A DNA stretch of 64,000 nt, from positions 54 to 64,053 of the forward strand of contig CAZRRU010000091.1 in NCBI GenBank assembly GCA_964602635.1, in the 5' to 3' direction. The translations under genes were made by a program, and so were the position numbers. Positions 42,662 to 53,000 of this stretch are shown here, piece by piece. The notes beneath the pieces are model-generated. The model ran no database searches, was not told where the DNA came from, and saw only the letters and a list, made by a program, of their open reading frames with translations. This DNA comes from an uncultured Gemmatimonadota bacterium. GTDB lineage: Bacteria > Gemmatimonadota > Gemmatimonadetes > Palauibacterales > Palauibacteraceae. The number at the start of each line of letters is the position of its first letter. Positions within the stretch are counted from its first letter, which is position 1.

Positions 42662-43989
42662 CAGCGGTCCCGGGGAGCGCCGCGGCAGATCCGCGCCTCG
42701 CCGCCTTTCACATCCTCTCCGACGTGGATCGCGGAGAGTTCGCTGGTCGAGCTGCCTCCCGCCGCCTCGCCGATCTGCGGGGAGCCGACCGCGGGCTGGC
42801 TCTAGAGCTGGCGTACGGGTCGATTCGACTGCGAGCGCGGTTGGACGCGGAGCTGACCCTGCTGCTCGATCGGCCGATTCGCCGCCTCGACCCCGCCGTG
42901 CTCCGGTGGCTGCGTCTCGGCCTCTACCAGGTGCGGGAGACCCGGGTCCCCGACCATGCGGCCGTGGACCAGACGGTCCGAGGCCTCAAGGGCACCGTCG
43001 GACCGAAGGCGGGCGGACTGGCGAATGCCGTCCTCCGCCGAGCCATAAACGAGGGTCCACACGAGGGGGCATTCCCCGACCCGGAAGGTGATCCCGAAGG
43101 CTACCTGACCACGTGGGGATCGCACCCCGCCTGGCTCATCCGGCGGTGGCTGTCCCGCTGGCCGCTTGCTTCGGTTCGTCGTCTGGTGGAGAATGATAAC
43201 CGGGCTCCGCCGGTCACGGTGCGAGTGCTGGACGGCGAAACGCAATCGGCGCCCGACTTCGACCCGGATTCCGGCACTCAACTGGTCCCGGAACCCGGAT
43301 GGAGGGCCATGTTCCGCCTTCGCGGGGGAGATCCCGAAAGGGCGGTGCGGAGTCTTCCGTCAGTCGTGCAGGATCCCGCCGCGGCCGCGGTGGTAGACTA
43401 TGTGGGCGATCGGTTCGTCGGTCCCGTTCTGGATGCTTGTGCGGCGCCCGGGGGAAAGGCACTCGGCCTGGCATTCAGGGTTCCGGAAGCCCGGCCGTTC
43501 GTGGCTGCCGACGTGAGCGGGCGGCGCCTCGAACGACTGCGGGACCCGGTGTCCCGGCTGGGGCTGGACGTATGCCTGCTCAGGATGGACGCTCGTGCCC
43601 CCGCGATCGGCCAGGTGCGGACGGTCCTGCTCGACGCGCCCTGCACCGGCACGGGTGTCCTGCGTCGGCGCCCGGACGCGAGGTGGCGTCTGAGTCAGGA
43701 CAGGCTCGAATCGCTGGTGGCACTGCAGAGCGAACTGCTCGAGGCGATGGCGAGGGTGGTCGAGCCCGGCGGGCTGCTCGTATACGCGACCTGTTCCCTC
43801 GAGCCGGAGGAGAACGAAACGCAGGTCGAGAGATTTCTGGCCCGGCACGGGGATTTCCGGCGGGAGGCGCCGGAGCCGGCGTGGGTTCGGGAGGAATCGA
43901 CGGACGTCAGAGGTGACCTGCGGGTGCTGCCGTGGCAGTGGGACACCGACGGAGCATTCGCGAGCCGACTGAGGCGTCTCGGCAGCTGA
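42658..43989 (+). CDS. rsmB: 16S rRNA (cytosine967-C5)-methyltransferase RsmB (NusB-like N-domain plus SAM methyltransferase)
   Basis: This is the C-terminal part of track ORF 42175..43989. The start is TTG 42658 (TTGA overlap with thiG) or ATG 42619. Motifs present are DACAAPGGKA, LLDAPCTGTGVLRRRPD and YATCSLEPEENE. Confidence 0.85.
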   Translation: MTAVPGSAAADPRLAAFHILSDVDRGEFAGRAASRRLADLRGADRGLALELAYGSIRLRARLDAELTLLLDRPIRRLDPAVLRWLRLGLYQVRETRVPDHAAVDQTVRGLKGTVGPKAGGLANAVLRRAINEGPHEGAFPDPEGDPEGYLTTWGSHPAWLIRRWLSRWPLASVRRLVENDNRAPPVTVRVLDGETQSAPDFDPDSGTQLVPEPGWRAMFRLRGGDPERAVRSLPSVVQDPAAAAVVDYVGDRFVGPVLDACAAPGGKALGLAFRVPEARPFVAADVSGRRLERLRDPVSRLGLDVCLLRMDARAPAIGQVRTVLLDAPCTGTGVLRRRPDARWRLSQDRLESLVALQSELLEAMARVVEPGGLLVYATCSLEPEENETQVERFLARHGDFRREAPEPAWVREESTDVRGDLRVLPWQWDTDGAFASRLRRLGS

Positions 43990-44015
43990 GATCCCGGGGA
44001 AAGGGGAACGACAGG

Positions 44016-45014
44016 ATGAGCTACAAGCGGCGCCGCGGGCTGGGAGGCGGAAAGGGAGCAAAGGGCCGAGATCGGGCTGCGGGCCCGGCGCCACAGGAAC
44101 CGGCAGGCAGCGCTGGCGACAAGCAGCCCGAGTTGGCCGAGGGGACGGCGGCGGCCGCCGCACCGCCCAGCACGGCCACGCTCGCCGAGTTGTTTTCCAT
44201 CGAAGCGGAGCCGCAGGCGCAGAAGCCCGAGACCGGCGGCGGAAGGCGCTGGCGCCGCTGGCTCATCTCAGCCGTCGTCGTCGCGGCATTCTTCGGCGGT
44301 GGCTACCTCGCAGCGGCCCAGTGGGTGTTTCCCGGCGGTCGAACCGTGAAGGATGATTCGTCGATTGTCGCGGTGCCGGAGCTCGTCGGTCTGACGGAAG
44401 ACGAGGCGCAGGGTCGCCTGGAGCGGGTGGGGCTCGAGTACACCGTGCGCTCGGGCGTGACGCACCACCTGGCCCCGGAAGGCGCGATCCTCGCGCAGGA
44501 TCCCCTGCCGGGGCAGTACGCGCGGCCGGGCGCTCCGGTGTACGTCTCGCTGAGCCGCGGGCCCGAACTCCACGTGCTGCCGAACGTCTCGGGCCTGTCC
44601 GAGCGCCAGGCGGTGATCGTGCTCGAACGCCTGGGGTACGACGTGGCCGTCGAGCGAATTACCCATCCCCTGGAGTTTGAACGGGCCATCGAGACCCGCC
44701 CGGAGGCCGGAACCGAGCTTGCCGTACCGGCCGAGGTCACCCTCGTGGTCAGCGAGGGCCGCCCGGTGGTACAGATCCCCGATCTGGTCGGTCGCCACGT
44801 GGATGATGCCGAGGGCACGCTGTCCGGGGTTGGTCTGGAACTCGGTGCGATCACGTACGACCCGCAGGCACTGGAGGCGCCCGGCCGGATCGTGGGCCAA
44901 TATCCGCCCGCCGGTTACAGCCTCCGTGAGGGTGACGTCGTCGAGGTGCGCGTCGCGGGCGATGTGAACCTCGTGGACCCGACGCGCCGCCAGTCAGAGC
45001 GGCCGCGTCCATGA
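44016..45014 (+). CDS. Membrane-anchored protein with three extracytoplasmic PASTA domains and no kinase or transpeptidase domain
   Basis: This is the C-terminal part of track ORF 43932..45014, starting at ATG 44016. The N-terminus is a basic, disordered cytoplasmic region. The TM helix is WLISAVVVAAFFGGGYLAA. Three repeats follow the PASTA pattern: VPELVGLTEDEAQGRLERVGL, LPNVSGLSERQAVIVLERLGY and IPDLVGRHVDDAEGTLSGVGL. Confidence 0.8.
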   Translation: MSYKRRRGLGGGKGAKGRDRAAGPAPQEPAGSAGDKQPELAEGTAAAAAPPSTATLAELFSIEAEPQAQKPETGGGRRWRRWLISAVVVAAFFGGGYLAAAQWVFPGGRTVKDDSSIVAVPELVGLTEDEAQGRLERVGLEYTVRSGVTHHLAPEGAILAQDPLPGQYARPGAPVYVSLSRGPELHVLPNVSGLSERQAVIVLERLGYDVAVERITHPLEFERAIETRPEAGTELAVPAEVTLVVSEGRPVVQIPDLVGRHVDDAEGTLSGVGLELGAITYDPQALEAPGRIVGQYPPAGYSLREGDVVEVRVAGDVNLVDPTRRQSERPRP

Positions 45015-45030
45015 ACGAGACGATCCGGAA

Positions 45031-45957
45031 GTGAACTGGGAACACGCCATCCGGCACCACTGGCCCTACAAGATGGTGGCCTTCTTCATCGTATTCCTGC
45101 TGTGGCTCGATCTCGCGTCGAGCGAGCGTCAGTCGCAGGAGGTGGTCACCCGGCTCGTGATCGACGTACAGGACTCGGCGTGGGTCCTCCTCGATGCGCC
45201 GGATGCAGTGGCCACCACGTTTCAGGGCCGGAACCGTGACCTGCTGGCCCTGATCGGCGACGATCCCGAGGTGCGCATCGGCGTTCGGGAGGTCTCGGGT
45301 CCGGTCATGCGCCTGGCTCTCGAGCCCGAGCAGGTGGTGTACGACCGCGACCTGGGCGTACGCGCCACACTGGTCGTTCCCACCTCCATCGAGTTGCAGT
45401 TCGAGCTGCTCGCGGAGCGGCGAGTGCCAGTGGTGGCAGACCTGGTAACGGCTCCGGCCATGGGGTTCACCGTCATGAGGCCCCTCCTCGTGGAGCCCGA
45501 CAGCGTGACGATCAGGGGAGGGTCATCCCGGATCGAACCGATTCACCAGGTGGCCACGCGCCGGGTGTCGCTGGAGGATCTCCAGCATGCGGTCATGCGA
45601 GACGTGCCGTTGGAGCTGCCCACGGGCGTGCGCGGTGTCGAGATCGATCCACCCAGCGTTCTCGTGACCGTCCCGGTGGACTCGCTCGTCGTGCGGCAGG
45701 TCCGCCTGCCGATTCACGTGTCGGGCGCAGCCGCAGGACGCGTTCGGGTCCAGCCGGATTCGGTGGACGTGGTGGTACGAGGCGCCGCGGCCGCGGTGCG
45801 ACGTCAGCTCGATTCCGTCTCGTGGGTGAGCGTCCAGGTCGATGAGGTGCCTTCTGGACCGCTGCTGGCTCCCATCGCGGTGGAGCTGACCTCGGGCGGC
45901 TTCGTGTCGGCCTCGGCCCGTCCGGAACAGGTGACGGTCAGACCGGAAGGGTCGTGA
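45031..45957 (+). CDS. YbbR-like (CdaR-type) domain-containing membrane protein
   Basis: 308 aa with a GTG start. It has an N-terminal TM helix (YKMVAFFIVFLLWL) followed by repeated YbbR-type beta modules (V.V.G....L..I....V.V.VD...L). Confidence 0.7.
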   Translation: MNWEHAIRHHWPYKMVAFFIVFLLWLDLASSERQSQEVVTRLVIDVQDSAWVLLDAPDAVATTFQGRNRDLLALIGDDPEVRIGVREVSGPVMRLALEPEQVVYDRDLGVRATLVVPTSIELQFELLAERRVPVVADLVTAPAMGFTVMRPLLVEPDSVTIRGGSSRIEPIHQVATRRVSLEDLQHAVMRDVPLELPTGVRGVEIDPPSVLVTVPVDSLVVRQVRLPIHVSGAAAGRVRVQPDSVDVVVRGAAAAVRRQLDSVSWVSVQVDEVPSGPLLAPIAVELTSGGFVSASARPEQVTVRPEGS

Positions 45958-45960
45958 TCG

Positions 45961-47010
45961 ATGAGCTTCCGGGGCGGACCTGTCCTCGGGATCGAATCCT
46001 CCTGCGACGAAACCTCCGCCGCCGTGGTCGCCGACAACCGGGTGCTGGGCCACGTCATCCTGTCGCAGGACGCACACGCGGTGTTCGGAGGGGTTGTTCC
46101 CGAGATCGCGGCGCGCCAGCACCTGGTCCACATCGACGGCGTGGTGGAGCGCACGCTGGACGAGGCGGGCATAGGCCCCGCCGATTTGGCGGGCGTAGGT
46201 GTCACGGCTGGCCCCGGCCTGATAGGCGCGCTACTCGTCGGATTGAATTGGGCGAAGGGGTTCGCCTACGCCCTCGGTCTCCCCGTGGTGGGTGTGCATC
46301 ACATGGAAGCCCACCTGTATGCGAACTCCCTCGAGTCTCCCGATGCGACTCCTCCTTTCGTGGCCCTCCTGATCTCGGGCGGCCATACCCTGCTTCTGTA
46401 CACTCCGGCCTGGGGGCGATACGAGCTGCTGGGTGCCACGCGGGACGACGCGGCGGGCGAGGCTTTCGACAAGGTTGCACGGCGACTGGGCCTGGGGTTT
46501 CCGGGCGGCCCCGAGATCGAGAAGTTTGCGCAGCAGGGAAACGCGGGAACCTGCAGGCTGCCGCGACCGATGCTATCGGCCGGGGATGATCCGGGCGACG
46601 CCTCGTACTTCGACTTCTCGTTCAGCGGGCTGAAGACGGCGGCTTCGCTCATGATCGGTGAGATCGAGGCGGCGGTCGATGGCGACGTCGATGCGGCGCG
46701 GGCCCACGTGGCGGCGGAGTTCCAGGAGGCCGTGGTGGATGTGCTCGTCGCCAAGACGATGCGAGCGGTCGAGCACACGCGGTGCCGGCGGGTGCTCCTG
46801 GGCGGAGGTGTCGCCCGGAACGCCCTTCTCCGCGAGACCCTGGCGTCGGCCCTGGAGCCGGCCGGCCGGATGTTCGCGCCGTCGCCCAGGCTGTCTACGG
46901 ACAACGCCGCGATGGTGGCCCGGCTCGCCGAGCACAGGCTGTGGGCCGGGCAGACGGACGGCCTGGACCTGAACGCGGATCCGGCCCTGCCGTTTCCGGG
47001 TCTCTCGTAA
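45961..47010 (+). CDS. tsaD: tRNA N6-adenosine threonylcarbamoyltransferase
   Basis: 349 aa. Motifs present are VLGIESSCDETSAAVV, GVHHMEAHL, LLISGGHT and GGVARNALLRE. Confidence 0.96.
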   Translation: MSFRGGPVLGIESSCDETSAAVVADNRVLGHVILSQDAHAVFGGVVPEIAARQHLVHIDGVVERTLDEAGIGPADLAGVGVTAGPGLIGALLVGLNWAKGFAYALGLPVVGVHHMEAHLYANSLESPDATPPFVALLISGGHTLLLYTPAWGRYELLGATRDDAAGEAFDKVARRLGLGFPGGPEIEKFAQQGNAGTCRLPRPMLSAGDDPGDASYFDFSFSGLKTAASLMIGEIEAAVDGDVDAARAHVAAEFQEAVVDVLVAKTMRAVEHTRCRRVLLGGGVARNALLRETLASALEPAGRMFAPSPRLSTDNAAMVARLAEHRLWAGQTDGLDLNADPALPFPGLS

Positions 47011-47029
47011 CGCGAACTGAAAGAACGTC

Positions 47030-47869
47030 ATGTATCCGGAATTGATCACACTCAACCTGCCGGTCCTCGGCCAGATCACCATCACCACGTTCGGCGTCAT
47101 GATGGCGGTCGCCTTTCTGTCGGGCTTCCAGGTAATCCGGATCCAGCTGAAGCAGCAGGGCAGGGACGAGCAGTTGGCGGGCGATATCCTCCTCGGCGCG
47201 CTGGTGGGCGGCATCCTTGGGGCCAAGATCTACTACGTGCTCCTGAACTGGGCGTTCACCGTCCGCGACCCGGCCGGGATGCTGTTCAGCCGCTCGGGGC
47301 TGGTGTGGTACGGTGGCCTCGTAGGCGGAGCGCTGGGCGTGATCTGGATCATCCGACGCCGGGGCCAGAAAGTCGCAGAGATCGCCGACGTGGTGGCGCC
47401 GGCGCTCGCGCTGTCATATGCGCTCGGTCGCGTCGGCTGCTTCCTGGTCGGGGACGACTACGGCCGCCCGACGGACAGCTGGGTCGGGATCGCGTTCCCC
47501 GACGGCCAACCGCCATCGACCGCGGGCAATCTCCGCCGCGGCTTCGGGGTGGACATCCCGGCCGAGATTCCGGACGGCCAGGTCCTGTCCGTCTATCCGA
47601 CACAGTTGTTCGAGGTCGGAATATCCCTCCTCATATTCTTCGTTTTGTGGCGACTCCGGTTTCGCGATAAGAAGGCCGGCTGGCTATTCTCGTTGTGGCT
47701 CGTACTGGCCGGGCTGGAGCGCCTGTTCGTCGAGTTCTTCCGCGCCAAGGACGACCGGTTCTTCGGCTCGCTGTCCCTGGCGCAGGTGATCAGCATCGGG
47801 TTGATCGGCCTGGGTGCGTGGCTCATGAACCGCCTGGGTTCGGATGCGGCGGAGACCCCCGGGAAGTGA
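47030..47869 (+). CDS. lgt: Prolipoprotein diacylglyceryl transferase
   Basis: 279 aa, multi-TM. Motifs present are YGVMMAVAFL-like, GRVGCFLVGDDYGRPT and YPTQLFE. Confidence 0.93.
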   Translation: MYPELITLNLPVLGQITITTFGVMMAVAFLSGFQVIRIQLKQQGRDEQLAGDILLGALVGGILGAKIYYVLLNWAFTVRDPAGMLFSRSGLVWYGGLVGGALGVIWIIRRRGQKVAEIADVVAPALALSYALGRVGCFLVGDDYGRPTDSWVGIAFPDGQPPSTAGNLRRGFGVDIPAEIPDGQVLSVYPTQLFEVGISLLIFFVLWRLRFRDKKAGWLFSLWLVLAGLERLFVEFFRAKDDRFFGSLSLAQVISIGLIGLGAWLMNRLGSDAAETPGK

Positions 47870-47871
47870 GA

Positions 47872-50037
47872 ATGGCCTGTCGGAGGACTGCCTGGCGCAC
47901 GCTCGCGGTGGGCATCGCTCTGATCGCGATCGCTACCGACGACGCCGCCGGCCAGACTTTCGCCGACCCCGAGGTGGTCGGGATCACGTTCCAGGGGAAC
48001 CAGGCGTTTCCCGCCGGGGACCTCGAAAGCGCCATCCTCACCTCGGCCACCCGATGCCGGACGTTCCTGTTCGTCTTTCCTCTCCCGCTGTGCCCGCTGA
48101 CCGATTGGGGGGTCGCGCACATCCGCGAGTACCTCGACGAAGGCGAGCTTCCCCTGGACGTGCTGCGTCTGCGGCTGTACTACCGCCAGAGAGGCTTCCG
48201 GGCAGCGACGGTGGACACGACCATGGTGCGCCAGGACGAAAAGGTGCGGATTCAGTTCGATATCCAGGAGGGAGAGCCGACACGGATCCGAACCCTCGAG
48301 GTTCTTGGAGGCGAGGAACTTCTCGATTCAGCGATGGTGAGTGCGGACGTGTCGCTCGCGCTCGGTGACCCGCTGGACCTGGTGGCGCTCGGAGACGGAG
48401 AGCGCCGCCTGGCCGAGCGGCTGCGCAAGGACGGATACGTTCACGCCCAGGTGCTCCGGGAGTACTTCATTCCAACCGAATCGCTCGAGGCGGACGTGGG
48501 CCTGCGAGTCGAGCCGGGGCCGCGGGTGAGGGTGGGTGAAGTCAGGATCGTCGGCTCGGGTGAGGTCGGAGACGACGTAATTCGCGAGCTCGTCCGTTTC
48601 GAATCCGGGGACTGGTTCAGCGAAGACCAGATCGTGGAGAGTCAGCGAAGCCTGTATAGCCTCCAGGCCCTCCGCTGGGCGAACATCGCGTCCGAGCGAC
48701 GCGCCGACACTGACACCTTGATCGACCTGAAAGTCGAGGTTGCTCCTGCGCCCAAGCGTTCGCTCCAGGCCGGCGCTGGGCTCCAGACGGACGAGTGCGT
48801 GCAGGGCCAGGCCAGCCTCATCTACCGGAATTTCCTCGGCGACGCCCGCATCCTTCGGTTTACCGGGCGCGTGTCGAACCTTTTCGCCAGTCAGCTGCAG
48901 GGTCAGTTCCCGTGCACCGACGTGAGCTCGAACGAGGTGTACCAGGAACTCAACTACCTGCTCGAGGTCGGCTTCGAACAGCCGGTGTTCTCCGACGGAC
49001 GCAACAATCTGCGCGCGAGCGTGTTCGCGGAGCGCGAGACCGTCCCGGATCTGTACGTGAGGAACGCCATCGGCGGCTATGTGGCTTTCAGCCGCCGTCT
49101 CCAGCAGAGGATGCAGCTCACGCTGGGGTACCAGCCCACGCTCACCTCGTTCGCCGAGGAGTCCGCCGACATCTACTTCTGCGTGAACTTCGGGGTGTGC
49201 GATCCGGAGGACATCCAGGAGCTGTCCGACGCGAACTGGCTGTCTCCGATCACCGCCCTGTGGACCTACGACCGTACGGACAACCCGTTCGCGGCCACGC
49301 GCGGGTGGTACCTCGCCGTAGAACTCGAGCAGGCGGGTGACCTCACGTTCTCAGACTATCAGTACACGCGCGGAACCATTGACGGCGCCCTGTTCCACCA
49401 GGCATCTGAGACGATCGTGCTGGGAGCGCACCTGCGGACCGGCGGGATTCTGCCGTACACGGGCAACCTGCTCACCGGAACGGTGACATCGGACGCCGTG
49501 GTCCACCCGCAGAAACGCTTCTTCGCCGGCGGACCGCAGAGCGTGCGGGGCTTTGGTCTGAACCTCCTGGGACCGACCGTGCTCGTGCTGGACGAAGCGG
49601 ACTGCGAGGGCTACGCCACCTTCGAGGAATGCGCCCAGGACGTGCCCCCGACGCAGTTCAACGAGCGGCCGCTCGGTGGAAACGCCGTGTTCGAGGGGAG
49701 CATCGAAGCGAGGTTCCGCGCCGGCGACCGCTGGACGGTGGCCGCGTTCGTGGACTTCGGCCAGGTGTGGGAGACCATCGACGACCGGTCGGCCCTGGTC
49801 GCGACGCCGGGGGCCGGCGTGCGCTTCCGCAGTCCGGTCGGCCCTCTCCGTCTCGACGTCGGGTACAACCCAACCGGTGCGAAGCTCAAGCCGGCGGTGG
49901 TGGTGCTCGACGACGGCTCGATCGTGGAACTGGGGCAACCCGTTCTCTACGATCCCTTCGCGTGGGACGACCCGTCGGCTCTGACCGAGCTGTGGCGCCG
50001 GCTGCGAATCCAGTTCTCGATCGGCGAGGCGTTCTGA
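47872..50037 (+). CDS. Omp85/BamA-family outer-membrane protein with POTRA repeats (TamA-like partner of the adjacent TamB)
   Basis: This is the C-terminal part of track ORF 47695..50037, starting at ATG 47872. The signal peptide is MACRRTAWRTLAVGIALIAIATDDAAGQ. POTRA-type repeats are present (ITFQGNQAFPAGDL, LRLYYRQRGFRAATV). The C-terminal barrel ends ...RIQFSIGEAF. Confidence 0.85.
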   Translation: MACRRTAWRTLAVGIALIAIATDDAAGQTFADPEVVGITFQGNQAFPAGDLESAILTSATRCRTFLFVFPLPLCPLTDWGVAHIREYLDEGELPLDVLRLRLYYRQRGFRAATVDTTMVRQDEKVRIQFDIQEGEPTRIRTLEVLGGEELLDSAMVSADVSLALGDPLDLVALGDGERRLAERLRKDGYVHAQVLREYFIPTESLEADVGLRVEPGPRVRVGEVRIVGSGEVGDDVIRELVRFESGDWFSEDQIVESQRSLYSLQALRWANIASERRADTDTLIDLKVEVAPAPKRSLQAGAGLQTDECVQGQASLIYRNFLGDARILRFTGRVSNLFASQLQGQFPCTDVSSNEVYQELNYLLEVGFEQPVFSDGRNNLRASVFAERETVPDLYVRNAIGGYVAFSRRLQQRMQLTLGYQPTLTSFAEESADIYFCVNFGVCDPEDIQELSDANWLSPITALWTYDRTDNPFAATRGWYLAVELEQAGDLTFSDYQYTRGTIDGALFHQASETIVLGAHLRTGGILPYTGNLLTGTVTSDAVVHPQKRFFAGGPQSVRGFGLNLLGPTVLVLDEADCEGYATFEECAQDVPPTQFNERPLGGNAVFEGSIEARFRAGDRWTVAAFVDFGQVWETIDDRSALVATPGAGVRFRSPVGPLRLDVGYNPTGAKLKPAVVVLDDGSIVELGQPVLYDPFAWDDPSALTELWRRLRIQFSIGEAF

Positions 50038-50050
50038 TGGACGCGGCGCG

Positions 50051-53000
50051 ATGAGCAGACACTGGAAGCGGACCCGTCCGACAGATCGGGAGTTGGCGGC
50101 GCCCCTGGGCCTGCCGAGGCCCGTGTGGCGCCTGATCAAGGTGATCGGACGCTCCGCCGCCGTCTTCGTAGGCTTGGCAAGTCTCACTGCCGCCGGGGCG
50201 ATTCTCCTGCTGAGCCAGACCGTGGTGGGCCGCGCCGTCGTCGCGGACAAGGTCGAGGAACTGCTGGCCGACGTGGTGAACGGCGACGTCCGAGTCGGGC
50301 CGATTCTCGGGGGAAACATGTTGACCCGGGCGCACCTGGCCCATTTCGAGATCATCGAGTCCGACGGCACCCCCTTCGTTCAACTCGATAGTGTCCGTTT
50401 GAGCTACAATCCGCTCGCGTTTCTGGCCGGAACCTACCGCTTCCGCGACGTTACGGTGGAGCGGGCCCGCATCTCCCTGATCCAGGCCGAGGATCGCAAC
50501 TGGAACTTCGATCGTCTGTTCGGGGATGACCCATCCGAGCCGGCCGCAGAGCCCGACTCGGCGGGCGGAAGCAGCCGGACCAGAGTGCTGCTCACGGATC
50601 TCAACATCCGCCGGGGCAATCTCCTCGTCACTACGCCGTGGGCCGCCGATCTCACCGGCGCCGCGCGGGACTCGATGGTCGCGCGGGGCTTGCGCGGAGA
50701 CAAGCTGTGGCGAGTCGTGCGGGCCGGACCGGGCAAGTGGGTACGGGAGATTCGTCTCGATTCCCTGTCGGGCGGGTTTCCGTTGATCAGGCTCGTCGAT
50801 CCGGTGCGGCCGTTCAGAATCGAGGCCGTCGAGCTGGCAACCGAAGCTTCGGTGGTGACCCAGACGCTGGATGTCCGCCGGTTCGACGGAAACGCCACGT
50901 TCCGGGATACGATCGCGATCGAGATCGAGACGCTGCAAACGGAAGCGAGCACCATGGAGGGCTCCGGCTGGATCGTCCCCTCGGATCCGGAGCAGTTCCG
51001 CTTCGGTATCGAGGCCGATCCGTTCGCGTTCAGTGACCTCGAGTGGCTCCCCGTGCCGATGCCGCAGGAGGGAGGTGGACCGGCGCGGTTCGATCTGTGG
51101 ACACGGGGAGAGGTGATCGTGGTGGACGTTTCGGGCGCCGATGCCCGCTCGGGTGACTCGAGGGCGCGGGGGTCCTTCGTGCTCGCTCTCGAGACCGTGC
51201 CCCGATTCGAAAGCATGGACGTCCTCTTCCAGCCACTTCGCCTGCGGCTGGTGGACGAGGTCCTGGAACGTGACTCGCTGACCGACGGGTACATCACGGG
51301 AGCCGTCAGCGGCACGGGGCCGCTGGACCTGATGGACATCCGCGCCGACCTGACGCTTCTGGATCTCGACGAGGCGATTCGTCCGTCGTTCGTAACGGTC
51401 GCCGGGGGGCTGGCCATCGTCGAGCCACGCGACATGCAGGATCTGGAGTTCACATTCCTGGAATTCGAGCCCCGGTGGACGGCGGTCGTCGGCATCACAC
51501 ACGAAGTACGCGGACGGCTGGAGGGACGGACTCGTCTGTCGGGAACCGTGGGCCAATGGTTCGACTTCGAGTCAGATCTTACGCACCAGTTGCCCTCGGG
51601 TGCCGCGTCGCACGTGTCCGGGTCCGGCAGCGTGGTCCTCGAGGACGAGCCGGGCGTCACCGTCGAGTTCGTGACCGACCCCCTCTCGCTGGCCGCACTG
51701 CAACCATACGCGCCTCCAGACGTGGAGCTGGTCGGAGATGTTCGAGGCCCGCTCTCGGCACGCGGCCTGTTCTCCGATCTGCGGGTGCTTGCCGACCTGC
51801 GGACACCGCGCGGACTCGTGAACTTCGACGGCCGGTTCGATCTCATGGCCGAGGAGCGGAGCTACGACGCCAGACTGACGGCCCGCGACATCCAGCTGCG
51901 GCAGTGGGTGGAGCAGGCGCCTGCAACGCGGCTCGCGGTAGAGGGACGGGTGCAGGGGACAGGCACGGATCCCGCCACGCTCGAGGCGACTTTCGACCTC
52001 ACGATTCTCCGCTCGCTCATCGAGGGGGCACGCGTCGATTCGAGCCTGCTCCGGTTCACCGTCTCGGACGGCTTGGCGACGGCGGACACGTTCGCGATTC
52101 GAACCGACGCGGGCCGGGTCAGAGGCAGGGGGAGCTTCGGTCTCGCCGAACAGACGAGCGGATCGCTGATTCTGGACGTGGACGCTCCGAACCTCGCCTC
52201 GTGGAACCGGTGGGTCGTTCCGGGCCGTAATCCGGCCCGCCAGGACACCAGCCTCGAGGGCCTGTTCGCGGCGTTTCCGGGGGAAGAGGAGGCTGCGCCC
52301 GGCGCTGCCGAGACCGAGATCCGCCAGCCGCCCGACACGATCGCGGGGTCGCTTCAGGCGCTCGGCGTCCTGTACGGCAACGTCCACGATTTCTCGTTTG
52401 GCGGAAGGCTGCACGGTCGGCAGATCCAGTATGGGCCTTTCGAGGCAGATTCGGTGGTCCTCACGGTCGACATCGACGATCCCCGCCTCCTGGATCGGCT
52501 GACCGCGAGCGCCACCGTGCGACGGCTGGCGGGCGGCGGCACCACGCTGGACAGCGTCGAGGTCCTGTGGGAGCGCCGGGACTCCGCCACGAGCGACGTG
52601 GATCTGTATGCACGGCGCGGGTCCACCCTCGAGCTGGATACGCGCGCCCGATTCCGGTGGACGGCTACCGAGAGGCGCGTGGCGCTTGAGCGACTCGCCG
52701 CCACCACGGGTTCCCAACGCCTCGAGCTGGAGGGCCCGGCCGAGGTCGTGTGGGGCGACGAAGGCTTCGCCTCCACGGGACTGAGCCTTCGGTCGGAGGA
52801 AGGCGCGAGCCTGCTCATCGAAGGCGCGGTTCCGGACAGCGGTGCCGTGAACCTGGATGTCCGGATCAGGGATCTCGATCTGGCGAGCGTGTTCCTCACG
52901 CCGGACGAAGCTCTTCCATACGGGGGATTCCTGGAGGCGGACGCACGTCTGAGGGGGACGGCGGCTGATCCGCGCTGGGACCTGACGTTCGTGGTGGTGG

